The notes beneath the pieces were generated by a model. The model saw only the letters and a program-made list of their open reading frames with translations. It made no database searches and was not told the origin of the DNA. DNA of 62,163 nucleotides, from the NCBI GenBank assembly GCA_013115145.1, contig JAAPAO010000148.1:1-62163 (forward strand), written 5' to 3'. Source of the DNA: Perkinsus chesapeaki ATCC PRA-425 (taxonomy: Eukaryota; Protista; Perkinsozoa). The position numbers and the translations under genes were made by a program. This document shows positions 46,097-58,764 of the stretch, piece after piece. The first letter of the stretch is position 1; each line of letters opens with the position of its first letter.

Positions 46097-49000
46097 TTAA
46101 GTACGGAAGGCCGCGGTGGCCATGACCCCACGAAGGGTGTCCAAGGCAGCTGCTATCTGGTCCGTCACGCTCTGAGGGTCGCCTTCGGGTAGCATTCCGG
46201 CCTCCAGCAAGGCCTGCTGCACTGTGGGATTGAGGGAGCTGCCATCAAGACCGATCAACTGAGATGGAGCATTTGCCGTCATAGCGGACACGATCCGTCC
46301 TACCTGCTCGCACATGTCCCCATCTATGACACCAGCGGAAGGCGGCTGTAATGGCTGCCGATGGTTGGGCCTGGTCGGACAGACGCAGGTTCGGAAGAGA
46401 CCCTCGAGGTACTGAAAGGCGAGAGGAAGTGAACGCCATCGAAGAGCAGATAGCTAACTGATAGAAACTGTGGGGAGTCTGCGAAGGAGTCTATGGTGCC
46501 AGCCTGTGCCTGTTGCTTCCATGGCCCGCCAGCCATGGCCCCACCGTCCGGGAGGGGCACTAAGACCCCTATGGCACCTCGGACCTGATGATAGAGATAC
46601 TAAGAATAATGGAGGGCTTGAAATAACAGCAACTCACAGTGCCGTAGATGATGCACTGAGGCAGGGCGCCCAAGAGGGAGGTCTCTGCAGCGCAGATAGC
46701 TGTGGGTATGTCGCAGCCCAAAGTGATGTGGGCAAGAGGCTCGAACTGAAGGTGGCGCAACGCAGCGGCGGGTCAGCTTAGGAGCCGGTCGGGCTGATGC
46801 TTACGCAGGGGGAAATCTCCAAAGGCATCCGCATTGGGTAACCGGCAAGGTCGCTTTTCTCATCGGCAGCTATGTGGCCGGGAACTCGCATTGTGGTGAG
46901 GCCGCCTCGCTTGTCCCCAACAACGACTGTGTCCCGGTCGAAGATGCAGGCAGAGGCGAACTGGGCTCCAAGTTGGCCACCAAAGTCCCGACAGAGAGCT
47001 TGAGTGGACCAATCACGTTTCCTAAGAATATTCCCTGTCTCAAGATCCGGTATGGTCAATGCACGCCGTAAGGGCTATAATGAATCGATCGTGTGCCGAG
47101 TGTCGTCGGCGTGTCGGCCGCTTGGACAACTTCAAGAGCGCAATCGATGTCCCGTCATTCGGCGGTCATCGAGTTCCCCTCACACCACACGACTGAATAC
47201 GGCAGGTTTCAGATCCCATTTCACCTTCCCCATGGGAACCTCGATGACTTCCAGCTATTATCCTGTTGAAATGACTGTGGGAGTTGGACCAAATGTGCCT
47301 TGTCTCCCGGTGACCCCTACCAGCTCACAGGCATCCCTCACCTTATTCCATGCAACTGCAGCCCTCCTCTTGACCGAGCTGCTGAGTATATCCTATCGGG
47401 GCATTTGCTATCATGTGCACACTGCAGCCAGATTGGTGCATCCATCTTGCTCCATGACTGTCGAGTTAACTGCAGCCTGTCTCGGAAGTTGTACCTGGTC
47501 GTCACTTCCCAGCCAGCGTCCTCAGTAGCCTACAGCGCCACAGTCCCATTAACCAGACTGGCCACCAGCCCCGCGCCGTCCCCATGTGCGGTCATGGCTA
47601 TCACTGCAGCCTCTGTCGGTTGCTCCATTGCCAAATGAAGCTCGTAGCGGCGATGGGTCATCGGTGCCGGCTCCAGCTCGAAGTAGTTGTACCTGCCAGA
47701 CAGTGCTGGCTGCCCGATCTGGTCGACGGGGAGCTGTATCCCTACAGGCGTATGGAGTAGCTGTCTGCCTCGCCATCGCTGGTGCCCATGCTTCGAACCC
47801 CAACGGCCAAAACAGGCGGTTGCTGAGACACTAGGGCGGTTTTGGACACCACCGCAGTGATGCAGAGGCACTCTTCATTGGAGGGGAAATTGAGTGTGGC
47901 CAGCGTGGTGAAGGTTCGCCCTCCTAAGAGATGCAGCACAGACCCACCGGCGGTCTCTCCGGCGCTGCCTGACAAGACACGTAACAAATTACCACAGTTG
48001 CAGCCAGGCTCACTTTTCCGTGGCGAATCTCGTGCCAGGACGGCGATGACGAACTCTCCAGGTTCCCCCTCCGGATGGGGCCCGAGGACGACAATTCGAC
48101 GGCCAGTTCTGCCTAGCCGGACTGGCTTGAGGAGATCATGAAAGGCTGCCCAGTGGCCATCAAGCGGTAGCAGCAAACTGCCCAGGACCAGCGATGAGGA
48201 GCCGGCATCTTGGTCACACATGTAGACTATCCCGCCTGTAGGGCAGGCCTCTGTGACGTAAGGCGCCAGGAACACCGGCACATCCATACCGCAGCCAGTG
48301 ACCGGAACACACCAGTCCTCCCCTGGACCGGTGGACTGCCGACACACGAACATATCGGCACCGAGGGCAAGAGTGGTATCATCGGGTAGAGTAGTAACCT
48401 GGCGAACAGGTTTGGAACCGAGGAACCGGGAACGCTGTCTGGCAAGGGAGCCAAGGTCAGGGTCCACTGAGTACTTCATTAGAACGCCATTAATTAGGCC
48501 AAGATAGAGCGAATGTTGCCCACCGTTGACGCAGTTGATGTGGATGCTTTCAACAGTGCTGCTGACATTGGCCACAGTGAGGGCCTGGAAGCCGAGGCGC
48601 TGCTGCGCTGCCCCATCATCCTGCATGCCGGCCTCCTCATACCTATATAAGGCCACCTTGCTCCCACGAGTGCAGAGTGCTAGCAGGCCGCTAGCCGCGG
48701 ACAACGTCATAATCTCGGTGTCAGTGTCGAAGCTGCCGACCTCGTTCACGAGACCAGGCGCGTCCACGGCTAAGGCCACCACTCGGCCACGGTGGCGCAC
48801 CTCACCGTCAGTCAGGGCCACGAAGACCAGACCACCGTCTTTGCAGGCTGCGGCAATCCTACATCCTCGAGGGGGATGCCAGTCTCCGCCCCTTGGCACC
48901 AGTTTGCACTCGGCAGGGGTTACCTGGACGCCCTGGCCGGCAAAGACCGTAGGAAGGCCGGTGACGAACTCGGCCTCTCCGACGGGGACCTCCGCCATAC

Positions 49001-50839
49001 CAGAACCTGTCAGCTGCAGGACCAGCGTGACGTCCACAAAGGAGATGAGAATGTACCGTGTGCGGACCTCGTCCTCGATGGTGAAGATCGCAGTGGACCG
49101 CCCCGGCAGCGGTGTCGAGCCCAATTTGAGCATGCCAACCCCGTACCTACACACTCGTCAGCTAGGACCTTCTTGACGGGAACAGCGGTCTGGAACCCAC
49201 CCTAGTGCTCGGAGCTGGGAGTGCTGGCCTCGGCCTGCCAGGACCAGACAGGCCGGCTGACCACGGTCCTCCTGGCCTGCTGCTCCGTTGGCCCCTTCCC
49301 CAATTCCAGCAGTGCCGTCCGGCAAGGCTACCGGCGTGGACGCTGTTCGGTCCAACATGGTAACCACCTAACAGACTGCTGCTCACTGAAGCCTTCGATC
49401 TACCTGGGCTTACCTTCAGGTCGGTGATGGGGCCCATCGAGGCCATCTCCTCATCTTGATTTTCTATTGCGTACTCCGTTGGCATCTCCCCTGTAGACGG
49501 GTTCATCAGCCTCAACAGCTGCGGCCCGTCTCCACAGAGGGCCACCGCCGAGTCCAGTGCCGGCACCCAGGCCATGGTTCGTACCGGCTGACTGGCATCC
49601 AGGGCCATCAGAGCGCTCGACAGACCAGAGGCTCCCAAATACAGATGCACCGCACCGCTGGTCAGGACGCAAACGAATCCTTCACGGAATGCCATAAGAG
49701 CAGTCGCTGTAGTGCCAGACGGCAGAGGGACGCTGACCGGATCGGCCTCGGGCGCAGCGAAGTCCACCAACGCTAGACTGGGACCGGTTGTAGCGACCAC
49801 ACACTTGGCGGTGGATAACTAATAATGACAGTGCTTACGGGACCACCACTAGGACCAGAGACTCACCGGCTCGCAAAACACAGAGTCCCGGACGGAGCGT
49901 GCCTCCACCTTACGGCCGCCGCCCTGATCGCCTTCAAAGGCGTACCTGGGCGAGGAACCCTACGGCTCGATCAAAGCGTCACTACTCACCGTGCCACGGC
50001 CTCCTTTATGCCATCATCAGACGACCATTTAATAACGCATGCCACACCGGCAGACCCCTCCAGAGGTTTGGCGTCAAAGACCACCAAATCGGAATCTAAG
50101 CAGCCTCACTTTTAGTCGCACCAAGTCCCTCCAGCGCCTCGCCGCGTGCCCATCACTACTGTCGGCTATCCGCTCCATCTTAACCGGCCGTCTTGTTTCC
50201 CCATGTGCCTCGCTATACGCTTCGGTGTCATTCCCGTCCACTTCCATCGCATCCGCCTCTCCGGCGCCTCCCTTATACAGTACCAGATCTCCCACAGCAT
50301 TCACCGTGAAGAATGCACCACCGTCCGAGCCGGCCGGGAAAACGTACCTGATCGACGAGGCCTTCATCAACGTGGGTGGAGAGTACTACATTGGGGCCGT
50401 GACTTCATCTTGCAGTAGCGAGCTCATGCTTGGGCTCGCCGATGCCGGCCTCGACGCCCGGAATTCAACCACCAGTAAAACGCCGCCGGTTTCGACAGCG
50501 ACCACTCGAATGCCCACAACAGTTCCACAGACGCACAAAGCGAGAATGAGATCATCCCCGCCGCCGCTGGACAAATGGCGTACCTGACCACACCCTGCCT
50601 CGGGAACCTGTCGCGTATCCAGCTACCTCCGAGCTCAGATTCCTCACCGCCGCTCGGACCAACTTAGTCTCATCCAAGCTCGCCAGAGTGTCCCCGTCCG
50701 ATTGATCGGTAAGAGTCGAATTCGTCGGAGTTGTCCAATACTCCAGCCGGCTGCCCCTGGCTAGGGCCACTGCATTCCTTCCCACTGTACACAGAGACGT
50801 TATCAGCGAGGAGTCCAACAGGGTGAGCTTATAAAACAT
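46097..50839 (-). CDS. SF3B3/Rse1-like (DDB1/CPSF160/SF3B3 family) beta-propeller protein, highly divergent
   Basis: N-terminal MFYKLTL...VALARGSRLE; YLGLINGVLMKYSVDPDLGSLARQRSRFLGSKPV; GDKRGGLTTMRVP; C-terminal GVIDGDMCEQ. Confidence 0.8.
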
Positions 50840-51124
50840 CGGCAACGAGGAGGCTCCTCTGGCTGTCGTGACACGGATGTGACAATTCACTGTAACACGA
50901 GTCCACATTAGGTTACCAGAAAATAAGGAGGATCCAACTGTCATACACCTATACTGCACCAGCAGCAGCACTGCCAGCCGCCACGCTGGGCTTACCGGAC
51001 CGCCGCCTGGGGGCGATCGCTGCTGATGGACTACGGCACTGGTGTGCCGGGGTGAAAAATAGTATAGAGAATCTGATGAACAATCTGATTAATGTACTTC
51101 GCCACCAATAAAAGTGTAATAAAT

Positions 51125-53682
51125 TCACCGCTTCGCTCCGCCGTCCTGCTCTACAGTCGAATGGTATTCGCGACTGTCATAGTCACGAGTCTCCTCCTCC
51201 TCAGCAGCAGCCCCCTCCACCGGTTCATCAACCCCATCCACTTTACGTCTGTACACCAACATGTACACGGATCCTGCGGTCTCCCATACCATAGGGCCGA
51301 ACCTGAGGCCCATACGGACCGTGGCATCATCAAAGGACACGAAACGGTCCTCCAGACCAGCAGCCCGGACATAGGATACATAATGGCCAAGGTCACAGGA
51401 CTGTCCCTCATGGCAGACCACACCGACAAGCTCGTATAGGATCGGCGACCCGATTCTGTTCTCAGTGAAAGGGCGAACGTTCAAATCCTGGCAGTACAGG
51501 AATTTGCCAATCGCCTTTTTGCGGCCATCCTCAGCGAATCGTTGCAGAACAAATATCAGCACCGGAGGCAGCTTGTCCGATTCCAGCCAGGACCTCCTTA
51601 TGGCTGTACCATTCCTCGTGAGCCGTCCGCATCCACACTTCACCTCACCCTCCACTATACTAGGCCTCCCAAACATTTCCTTCAGCGCCGAACGAAGGTC
51701 TCCGCAGTCGCACATTGGCACTGGTAACGCCGTGTAGGTGTCGCTGGACACCAGGGTGCTGTTGATGCAGGCCAAGTCAGGACAGTCAACTTGTGTGGTA
51801 CACTTGCTCTCTCCACATATAAGATGCTCCAACGAGCTCCCCTTATCACCATTCTCCCCAGAGAGCCCGTCCAATAGCTTCATTAGGAACTCACTAGCAT
51901 CCATCTCCTGGTCCAATGGCAGCCCCAAGGCCCTCAGCAGCGGCTCAGCATTGGCCAACTGAGGCTCCGACGATGTCAGCTCCTCCACCACCTCCGAGAA
52001 TGCCTTCGTCACAGGCCCGCTGCCCACGTCATCCAATATGCCCGGCAACCGGGATAGAACCTGCAGCGTTGCGTTAGCATAACAGAGCGTCCCCGTGTTG
52101 ATCATCCCTCCCGCCTTCTTAGCCGGCGACGGAGGCTCGTCCCCATATGAACCTGGCGTCTCCGTCCGAAGCCTATCAGTTGTCGGCGGCACTGTAGTCG
52201 ACGCCATGGAACGGTAGGCTTCAGGCAGCGAGTCCAGCGTGAGGCCTGGCTTCCCCTTCACCGCCACAGCCGGGGGCTTCTCGGCCATCACAGGAGACAC
52301 GTCCTCCGATGGCGTAAAGACCTCCTCCGCTGGTGGGGCGCTGGGCACCTCAGTCGACCGTGGTGACGTACGCATCTCCGGCGGTTTCTCGACCGGATGC
52401 CTTACCGGGGCCTTCGGCGGCGACGCACGTTGTGTTGTTATTGGCGGTACGTAATGTATCAAATCTGAGGGCCCCACATGGCAAACATCCCAGCCGGTCC
52501 AACCCCCCCTACTACCACACGCTTGCCTCATAAGGTTGATGTTCTGCTCCGTTCCCAGCGTCCTCACCGCTCGACACGCTTGTTCCAAACCACACCGAAC
52601 AAGCGTCAGTCGGAGAGCTGTCACGTCCTTCACGTCATAGCAGGCATCGTAGAGCTAAACCACAAAGCCTCTTTCACCACCCGGCCTTCCATCTTCCATA
52701 CTACCTTCCATATGTTCTCGGCAAACCCCTCCCTACTGCCGAACCTCAGCTCCCTGAGTGCCACCGCGGCCTTGACCCTGTTTGTGGCCTGCTCCCCTCG
52801 CCGGACAGGCTTCTCGTGACACGCCAAATACCGCACAAGTCGGCCCGTGAGCTTCACCATGCTCTCCGCGTCCTCCGTAGATATTCGCTCATAGTACATA
52901 CCTATGGCCCGTGGCAAGTCTTCCACCAGAGCCTCGCCCGCTCGGTCCAAAAATGGCTTCGGAAACCGACAAGTGACAGTGTGATGGTGGCGCTGTTTCT
53001 GGCAGATGTGCTCCTCCATGGCCACAGCAAGGATCCTCATGCATGTCACAGCTCGCTCCGGGGTGAAGACATCTGGGTACACCCAAGAGGCCAAATAGAC
53101 GTTGACACCGCTGTGCTGCTGGAAGCCGGCTAGGCTGACTAACCCGGCTGGGAGGTACTCCACCTGCCCATCAGCGGCAGACATCGCAACATAGTCATAG
53201 GCATCCGAGGCAACCAGATCGAACTCTCGCGGTAGGTGACGGAGGGCAGTCCGCTCGGCAATGTGGAACCACTGGAGACGAAGGTCGCCCATGGTCATGG
53301 CCCGATTGAAGGGGGCTGGCTTCAGATTGGCGCCGTCCTTTTTGAGGGTGAGTCGCTGGCCAGCGAGGAACTCTCCCAGTCGGCTACCCGGGTCGATGTT
53401 GGACAGAGCCTCCAGCAACCATAACGCGGACTTGTCGGAGCTCTTGCCCAAACTGCGGTTCATCATCACACGAGCCAGCACCGCGCACAACGACGAAATG
53501 AATGGCAGAAGCCTAGCAGCGCTGGTAGTCGATCGAAAGATATCTTCGAACTCAGCTGAGATAACCCGGAGGATGCTGGCGATCTCTGCCGGTCTATACT
53601 CGGCCTTTAGCAGGTCCAACAGCTTGGCATTGTACTTGCTTAGTAGAGGATAGATAGTAGTCGGTGGTGTAGGTCTTGGCAT
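51125..53682 (-). CDS. Ubiquitin-specific protease (C19), about 835 aa, with an uncharacterised N-terminal helical region
   Basis: A 50-nt phase-0 intron (52655-52704) joins ORFs 52630-53682 and 51125-52633. Cys box GMINTGTLCYAN, QEMDASEF, His box HEG...GHYVSY, FDD. Confidence 0.9.
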
Positions 53683-54101
53683 GCAGCTGCAGCGTGCGAA
53701 GGCAACGCCGACTTACGATAAATTATATACTAAATAACCGGTAACCGAGTCCATTCGTTACGGAAAGATTCTTCGCCGTGCGCACGCGTATCTTTGTACA
53801 ATCTCACGCGCCACGAAATATCGCGCACGCCCGAGGTCGCGAAGACGCGCTGCTCTTCCTGTCATAAGCACCCAACTGGTGCACCGTGACTCAATACCAG
53901 TGAAGATAGATTCGTGCGATCGACCATTGGAGGAGGGTGTGGGTTGACAGTTTATTAATGGATTATCTCCTTTCCGGCTGCGCTGGACAATGCAAGAGCG
54001 CAGCTGCCACGGATGCTTTAGTCTCCCTCAATTTAAAGTGGTGTGCTAATAGCGTCATTCATCAATTATACAATGACGCTGAGACCGATTGCCGAGTGGA
54101 A

Positions 54102-55295
54102 ATGATGCAGTAAGGCGACCTCATACCGCTCTCGCCGCTAACTCTACCGTTTCAAAGGTACAAGCTGAAAGGCTTGCGGCCGTCGAAGGCCAAGCTCGAG
54201 CGTTGGAGCACGTACACATCCCCGCAGCACTTGGCCCGGTTTGCTAACGAATCCAAGGACTACGTCCGGAGGTGGACGATGCTGCACAGGTGTCGTTTTG
54301 TGAGGTACTGTTGGGAGGGGCCGGGCTGCTGCTGGGATCGGGTCTTGGTCAGCACCGAGCAATGCCGGCTGCTGATAACCTTGCAACATCGCCTGCAGTT
54401 TGACCTAGAGGATGCGGCCAGACGCAAAACCAGCGACGATGACGATGACGAGGGCCATGGGGAGAAGTAGGTCACTGGCGTTGGAGGCTTGGATGGTGAT
54501 ATAAGGTTCACGGTGGAGGGGGTCAGCATGCAGCTGCTGAAGGACCTTACGCGGGGGAATGTATACGTCATTGGCGGCAAACGGTTTGACTATAGAGAAG
54601 AGCTAGCGTGCCAAAGTGTATCTCATTCGAAGGTTCACGAAGAGTAATGGTCACGAACCGCGGCGGATTGGTTAGCTGCTGTCGTTCAGGGACGGAGACA
54701 CTACGGCTGGTGAGGACAGTAGCCCGGCGGCATTGCAAAGGGAATGCACGGCCACTACTGGATGCCACCAGTCCGGATCCGAGGCGTCATCGCCTTGTGT
54801 GGGTCGACCGCCATTTGAGGCATCACCCGGTAGTAACAGGCAGAGGTAGTCTAAAAGGGGATGGGAGGGAAGAATGGTATGGAGGCGGTGACAGGTTCAT
54901 TTCTCGGGTCGTGGATGAGATAACTAGTATAGTGGGCCGGTATTGCGCGGAGCAAAGTATCCCCTCAGAGCAGCGCAGATTGCTCACTATGGCCGCTACC
55001 TCTGAGATGTCCCAAGCTGGTGAGCTCACCGGGAGCCCGCTGGCTGGCATCGCCGCTCAGGGTTCGCCAATTTGGAGTATTCAGCGGTCACGACACGGCA
55101 GTTTGTGTGCGAGCATCCGCTCCAGACGACAGAGGTCCATCTGAATGCGTTGCCGGATGGCACTGGGATTCGTGTGAAGCTAATGACGAGGAAGAGCGAG
55201 TTCTCGAGCTACGCGGTAGTAGGGGTGGAGGCACGCTTGTAGAGAACGTCGGGATAATTTTGTGGCGCGCGCCGGTTCACTGTTGGTGCTGCTGA
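54102..55295 (+). CDS. Hypothetical multi-exon protein
   Basis: Consecutive plus-strand ORFs separated by GT-AG introns, the first with a CTAAC branch point. No family recognised. Confidence 0.35.
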
Positions 55296-55335
55296 TGTTA
55301 GGTTGGATACGAGAGCACTCCACCGGATGTTGCGT

Positions 55336-55975
55336 TCACCCCGTGTGGACCTGGTAGCAGCAGGACGTTACGAGCGGAGATAGTCTGGAGGTTAAGGGAG
55401 CCACAGCTGAAGAAGGCTGCTCCGGATGAACGTAGTAGAGCATTATGGAGCGGCCGTCCACAACGGACATTAGGAGCCTAGTCTCGACTAACGGCATTAA
55501 AGGCGCTTGCGGATCACCACCTTGCGCGTGCTTTGGTAGGGCACGAATGTAGTTTTTTCCGGATCCGAAGTCGAAGTGCCGCTTGCTGACCAAACGGGAA
55601 AAATACCAATTATTGACTTAGCTTACATTGAGTTTGATCGCTGGCATTCTTGTGTCCAACTTAACGTTTCAACGCAGCAAATCCGAGCAAGCTTGTCCCT
55701 CTACTGTATCACTTCTCCGTTTAGCTGCCGAATTCCGTGTAACGCCACGAGCGGATTTGTTGGCGATGAAGAACCCGTTTGAAGTGGTATTGACTGATGG
55801 CGAGGAGAAGCTTGTCGCTCGACCAGCGAGCTCTAGTGATTGGCATTGGAGACGTATCTTTGAGAACTCACTTAAAATAAGCCTGTAGCTGCCGCTGCTG
55901 ATGCTGCTTCGCTCCGCCTTGAAAATGACCCTTTTGATTGACCAGTTGATTTGTAGGCAGTTTTGATTGTTCCAT
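55336..55975 (-). CDS. Small protein, possibly a Sen15-like tRNA-splicing endonuclease subunit
   Basis: C-terminal RLLMSVVDGRSIMLYYVH resembles the Sen15 I.LAIV..DSTIVYY motif. Weak. Confidence 0.3.
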
Positions 55976-56243
55976 ACGGATTGTTACTTCTAGTATTATT
56001 ATTACCATGCTTTCGGTTGCTCTCCTTAGTAGTAGGCCTATGTCGCCGTAGCCGCCTCCCTTATTTAACTACATTATTATTTCCTCAGTAGTAGTATATA
56101 GTATAAGCTAGTGGAGTTGCTGCTGCCATTGTGTATCCTATCACCGATACTAGTACGTTACCTGCCCACTAGGATGTGCCTTACACTATAGAGTTGCGTT
56201 CACTGAGGATGGCTGGGTCTATCGTAGCAGTTGCACTTTCCCA

Positions 56244-58414
56244 ATGGCTTTGGTAGCATCAGCAGCCCAACAGAGCCTTGCTGTAGGAGGAGAAGGGGCA
56301 GCAGGTGTGCTGTCCAAACCGTTAGAGGCCAATAGGAGATCCAAACTGAAGGGTACTATAACTGCGGTTGCAGTGAGATGAGGTCTCATTCCAGCTCCTA
56401 CGATGCTCCTTACTGGCCATGAGGCGGACGTGTTCTGCTGTGACTTCAGTGCCGATGGTAGGACGGCGGCGGGTGGCTTTGGTTATGATGGATGTGATTA
56501 GGGGCTAACTTGGCGAGTGGAGGGTTTGATAAGAATATATTAGTATGGAAGGTGTATGGGGATTGTGATAATTGGTGTATCCTAAAGGGACACGATAATG
56601 CCGTTTTAGAGGTACTGGGGGTTACAGCTTTGGAGTCGATCGCGAGGGGTCGACGGTGGTCATGTTGATACCTAGATATTAATGCTTGTAACTCACCCAG
56701 TGTGCATTTCGCAGGCGGAGCAAGAACAAAGCATGTGTCGTGTTTTTTCAGAGATGATAGGATCGGAAAAGCACGCCGTACAACACCTAGTAGAGATGAC
56801 ATCTCTACTAGGTGTTGTAGGGCTAAATTATAGACATGGGTAGTGTAATGAAAATGACCAAGTCTATTAACAGCTCCATATACCGTTGCTTGTACGTGTG
56901 TTCGCTCCTGTGGAGAGTTAGCTCACCTATGGCGTTCCACTGAGTACCCTCGCATCGAGCAACGTTTGGAACATAAGGAGGAGGAGGACTCTCCGTATGG
57001 GTTTGCCAGCCCGATGGCAGGATCTCTCCAGCAGGAACAGAACAAGATCGCAAGTTGAACTATTCTGAAAATATTCCTCAGAGCCAGCGGGAGATACTAA
57101 AGCTCATTCTAAAGGGCCCTGAAATCGCCGTATGTGTTCTTGTCTTCGCAGGTCCATTGGAGTTCTACAGAGCCAAACAAGATAGTGTCATGCAGTGCTG
57201 ATAAATCATTAGCCTTGTGGGATGTAGAGGAAGGCAGACGTATTAAGAAGCTTCGAGGCCATGGGTAGTAGTGATAAACGCTCAGATGGGAGTGGTCGTT
57301 AGCGTTGGTCGTCTGGTCACCTTCATCTGTAGCGGAGGAAATATTCGTTTCGAAATTTCTTCTTTTTTTCTAATAATTTTCGTCGGAAAGTTTTGGCATC
57401 CACTAGGACTAGACCTCTGTGGTTAGTCGACGGTGAACTTGAGGACGTCACTGAGAAAGGTTAACAGATATTTCCAACGTCGAAGGAGACAGAATGTTGT
57501 GTCTTTAGGGCCGTGGTGAACTCATGCCAGATTACTCGGAGGGGTGTCCCACTGGTTGTGTCGGGAGGAGATGACGGTAGCATAAAGCTATGGTAGGGCA
57601 GGCCTTCTCTTGATGTCGTTGTTGAGTACGTTGTATAGGGACCTTCGAGTTCGGAGATGCGTCCAGACCAGGGAGCACCAGTACCAAGTCCTCTCCGTCA
57701 CCTTCGACGACACGGCCACTAGGATATTCGCAGGCAGCATCATCATCGGGCGTGATGGGAGTTGATGGACGGTTGTTAGGTACATTGGATAACCAAATAC
57801 TGTCGATGGATATTCGTAACATGGACTCGGACCAGAACGTCATCGAGCTCGGCCCGGAGCACGATGATTCGATCACTGGTTTATCGGTAGAATTGGTGAC
57901 AGTAGCAATGGTGATGTTGAAGTTGCTGGCAGGTGTCCAATGACGGCAACTTCCTGTTGAGCAACTCTATGGACAAGTCGGTGAAACTATGGGACATCCG
58001 ACCGTTCGTGGCACATGACAGTAGGTTTGGTGAAGTTCTGGGCAACCGCGGACGAAGGCGTGAAGTGAGGGTTGGTGTGTTTTCAGGCCAGAGGCTGATC
58101 CATCACTTTACTCGTGGTGTCCAACATGACTCCGAGCGTAACCTTCTCCGTGTCCATTGGAGTCCAGATGATCAGTACTTCACCACCGGCAATGCTAAGC
58201 GTGTTGTGAATGTGTGGGACGTCAGGTGAGCAGCAGCAGCAGCAGCTGGAGGAGGCTGTCTACTACTGTGGTGGTTGTCAGGTCACGGGAGATCTTGTAC
58301 ACTTTGCCGGGCCACACAGGATCTGTTAATGAGGTTTGCTTCCACCCAACAGAGTCCTACGTCATTGCCAGTGCCTCCAGTGACAGAACTATCTATCTTG
58401 GGGAGCTGGCTTGA
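56244..58414 (+). CDS. SNRNP40: U5 snRNP 40-kDa WD40 protein
   Basis: APTMLLTGHEADVFCCDFS, GFDKNILVWKVYGDCDNWCILKGH, SADKSLALWDVEEGRRIKKLRGH, LLSNSMDKSVKLWDIRPF, ERNLLRVHWS and LYTLPGHTGSVNEVCFHP...SSDRTIYLGEL*. Confidence 0.95.
56779..56819. repeat. Perfect 41-bp palindrome (20-bp arms, central A) in a SNRNP40 intron
   Basis: TACAACACCTAGTAGAGATG-A-CATCTCTACTAGGTGTTGTA. Confidence 0.95.
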
Positions 58415-58764
58415 GGAGGAGGTGGAGGAAGGAGAGGGCAGGGTCTTCATCATCATCAACGTGATCTAGGGAGAGAGTGCCTATGACTGCTGCTGCTGCT
58501 GCCTACTGCCTCTGTCCCTTTTCAATACGGCATTCATTGACTTTTGTTCAGTCTTACAATTACAAGTGGGGTGCCATAGCCTTGGTCGGACTACGACCAT
58601 CGTAAACCAGTATAATACAGCCTGGCAAAATATAATATGATAATTCTAAACCTGGTCTACTGAGCAACGGAACCTGGAGGAACCGACTATACCGGAGCTA
58701 CGGCTAGCGTTCACTTTGGTGCTAAGTAAGTGAGTCGCAGTCCATTCCTTGGTCCCTAACCATA

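Noticed and set aside
52630-52633. Operon-like stop/start overlap between two genes
   Set aside because: Explained by a canonical 50-nt phase-0 intron making one USP gene.
56446-56802. 118-aa minus-strand ORF as a nested gene
   Set aside because: It overlaps a real SNRNP40 exon, its ATG lies inside the palindrome, and it has no recognisable motif.
58228-58505. Short CAG/CTG and GAG runs
   Set aside because: Ordinary microsatellites in an intron and the 3' flank.
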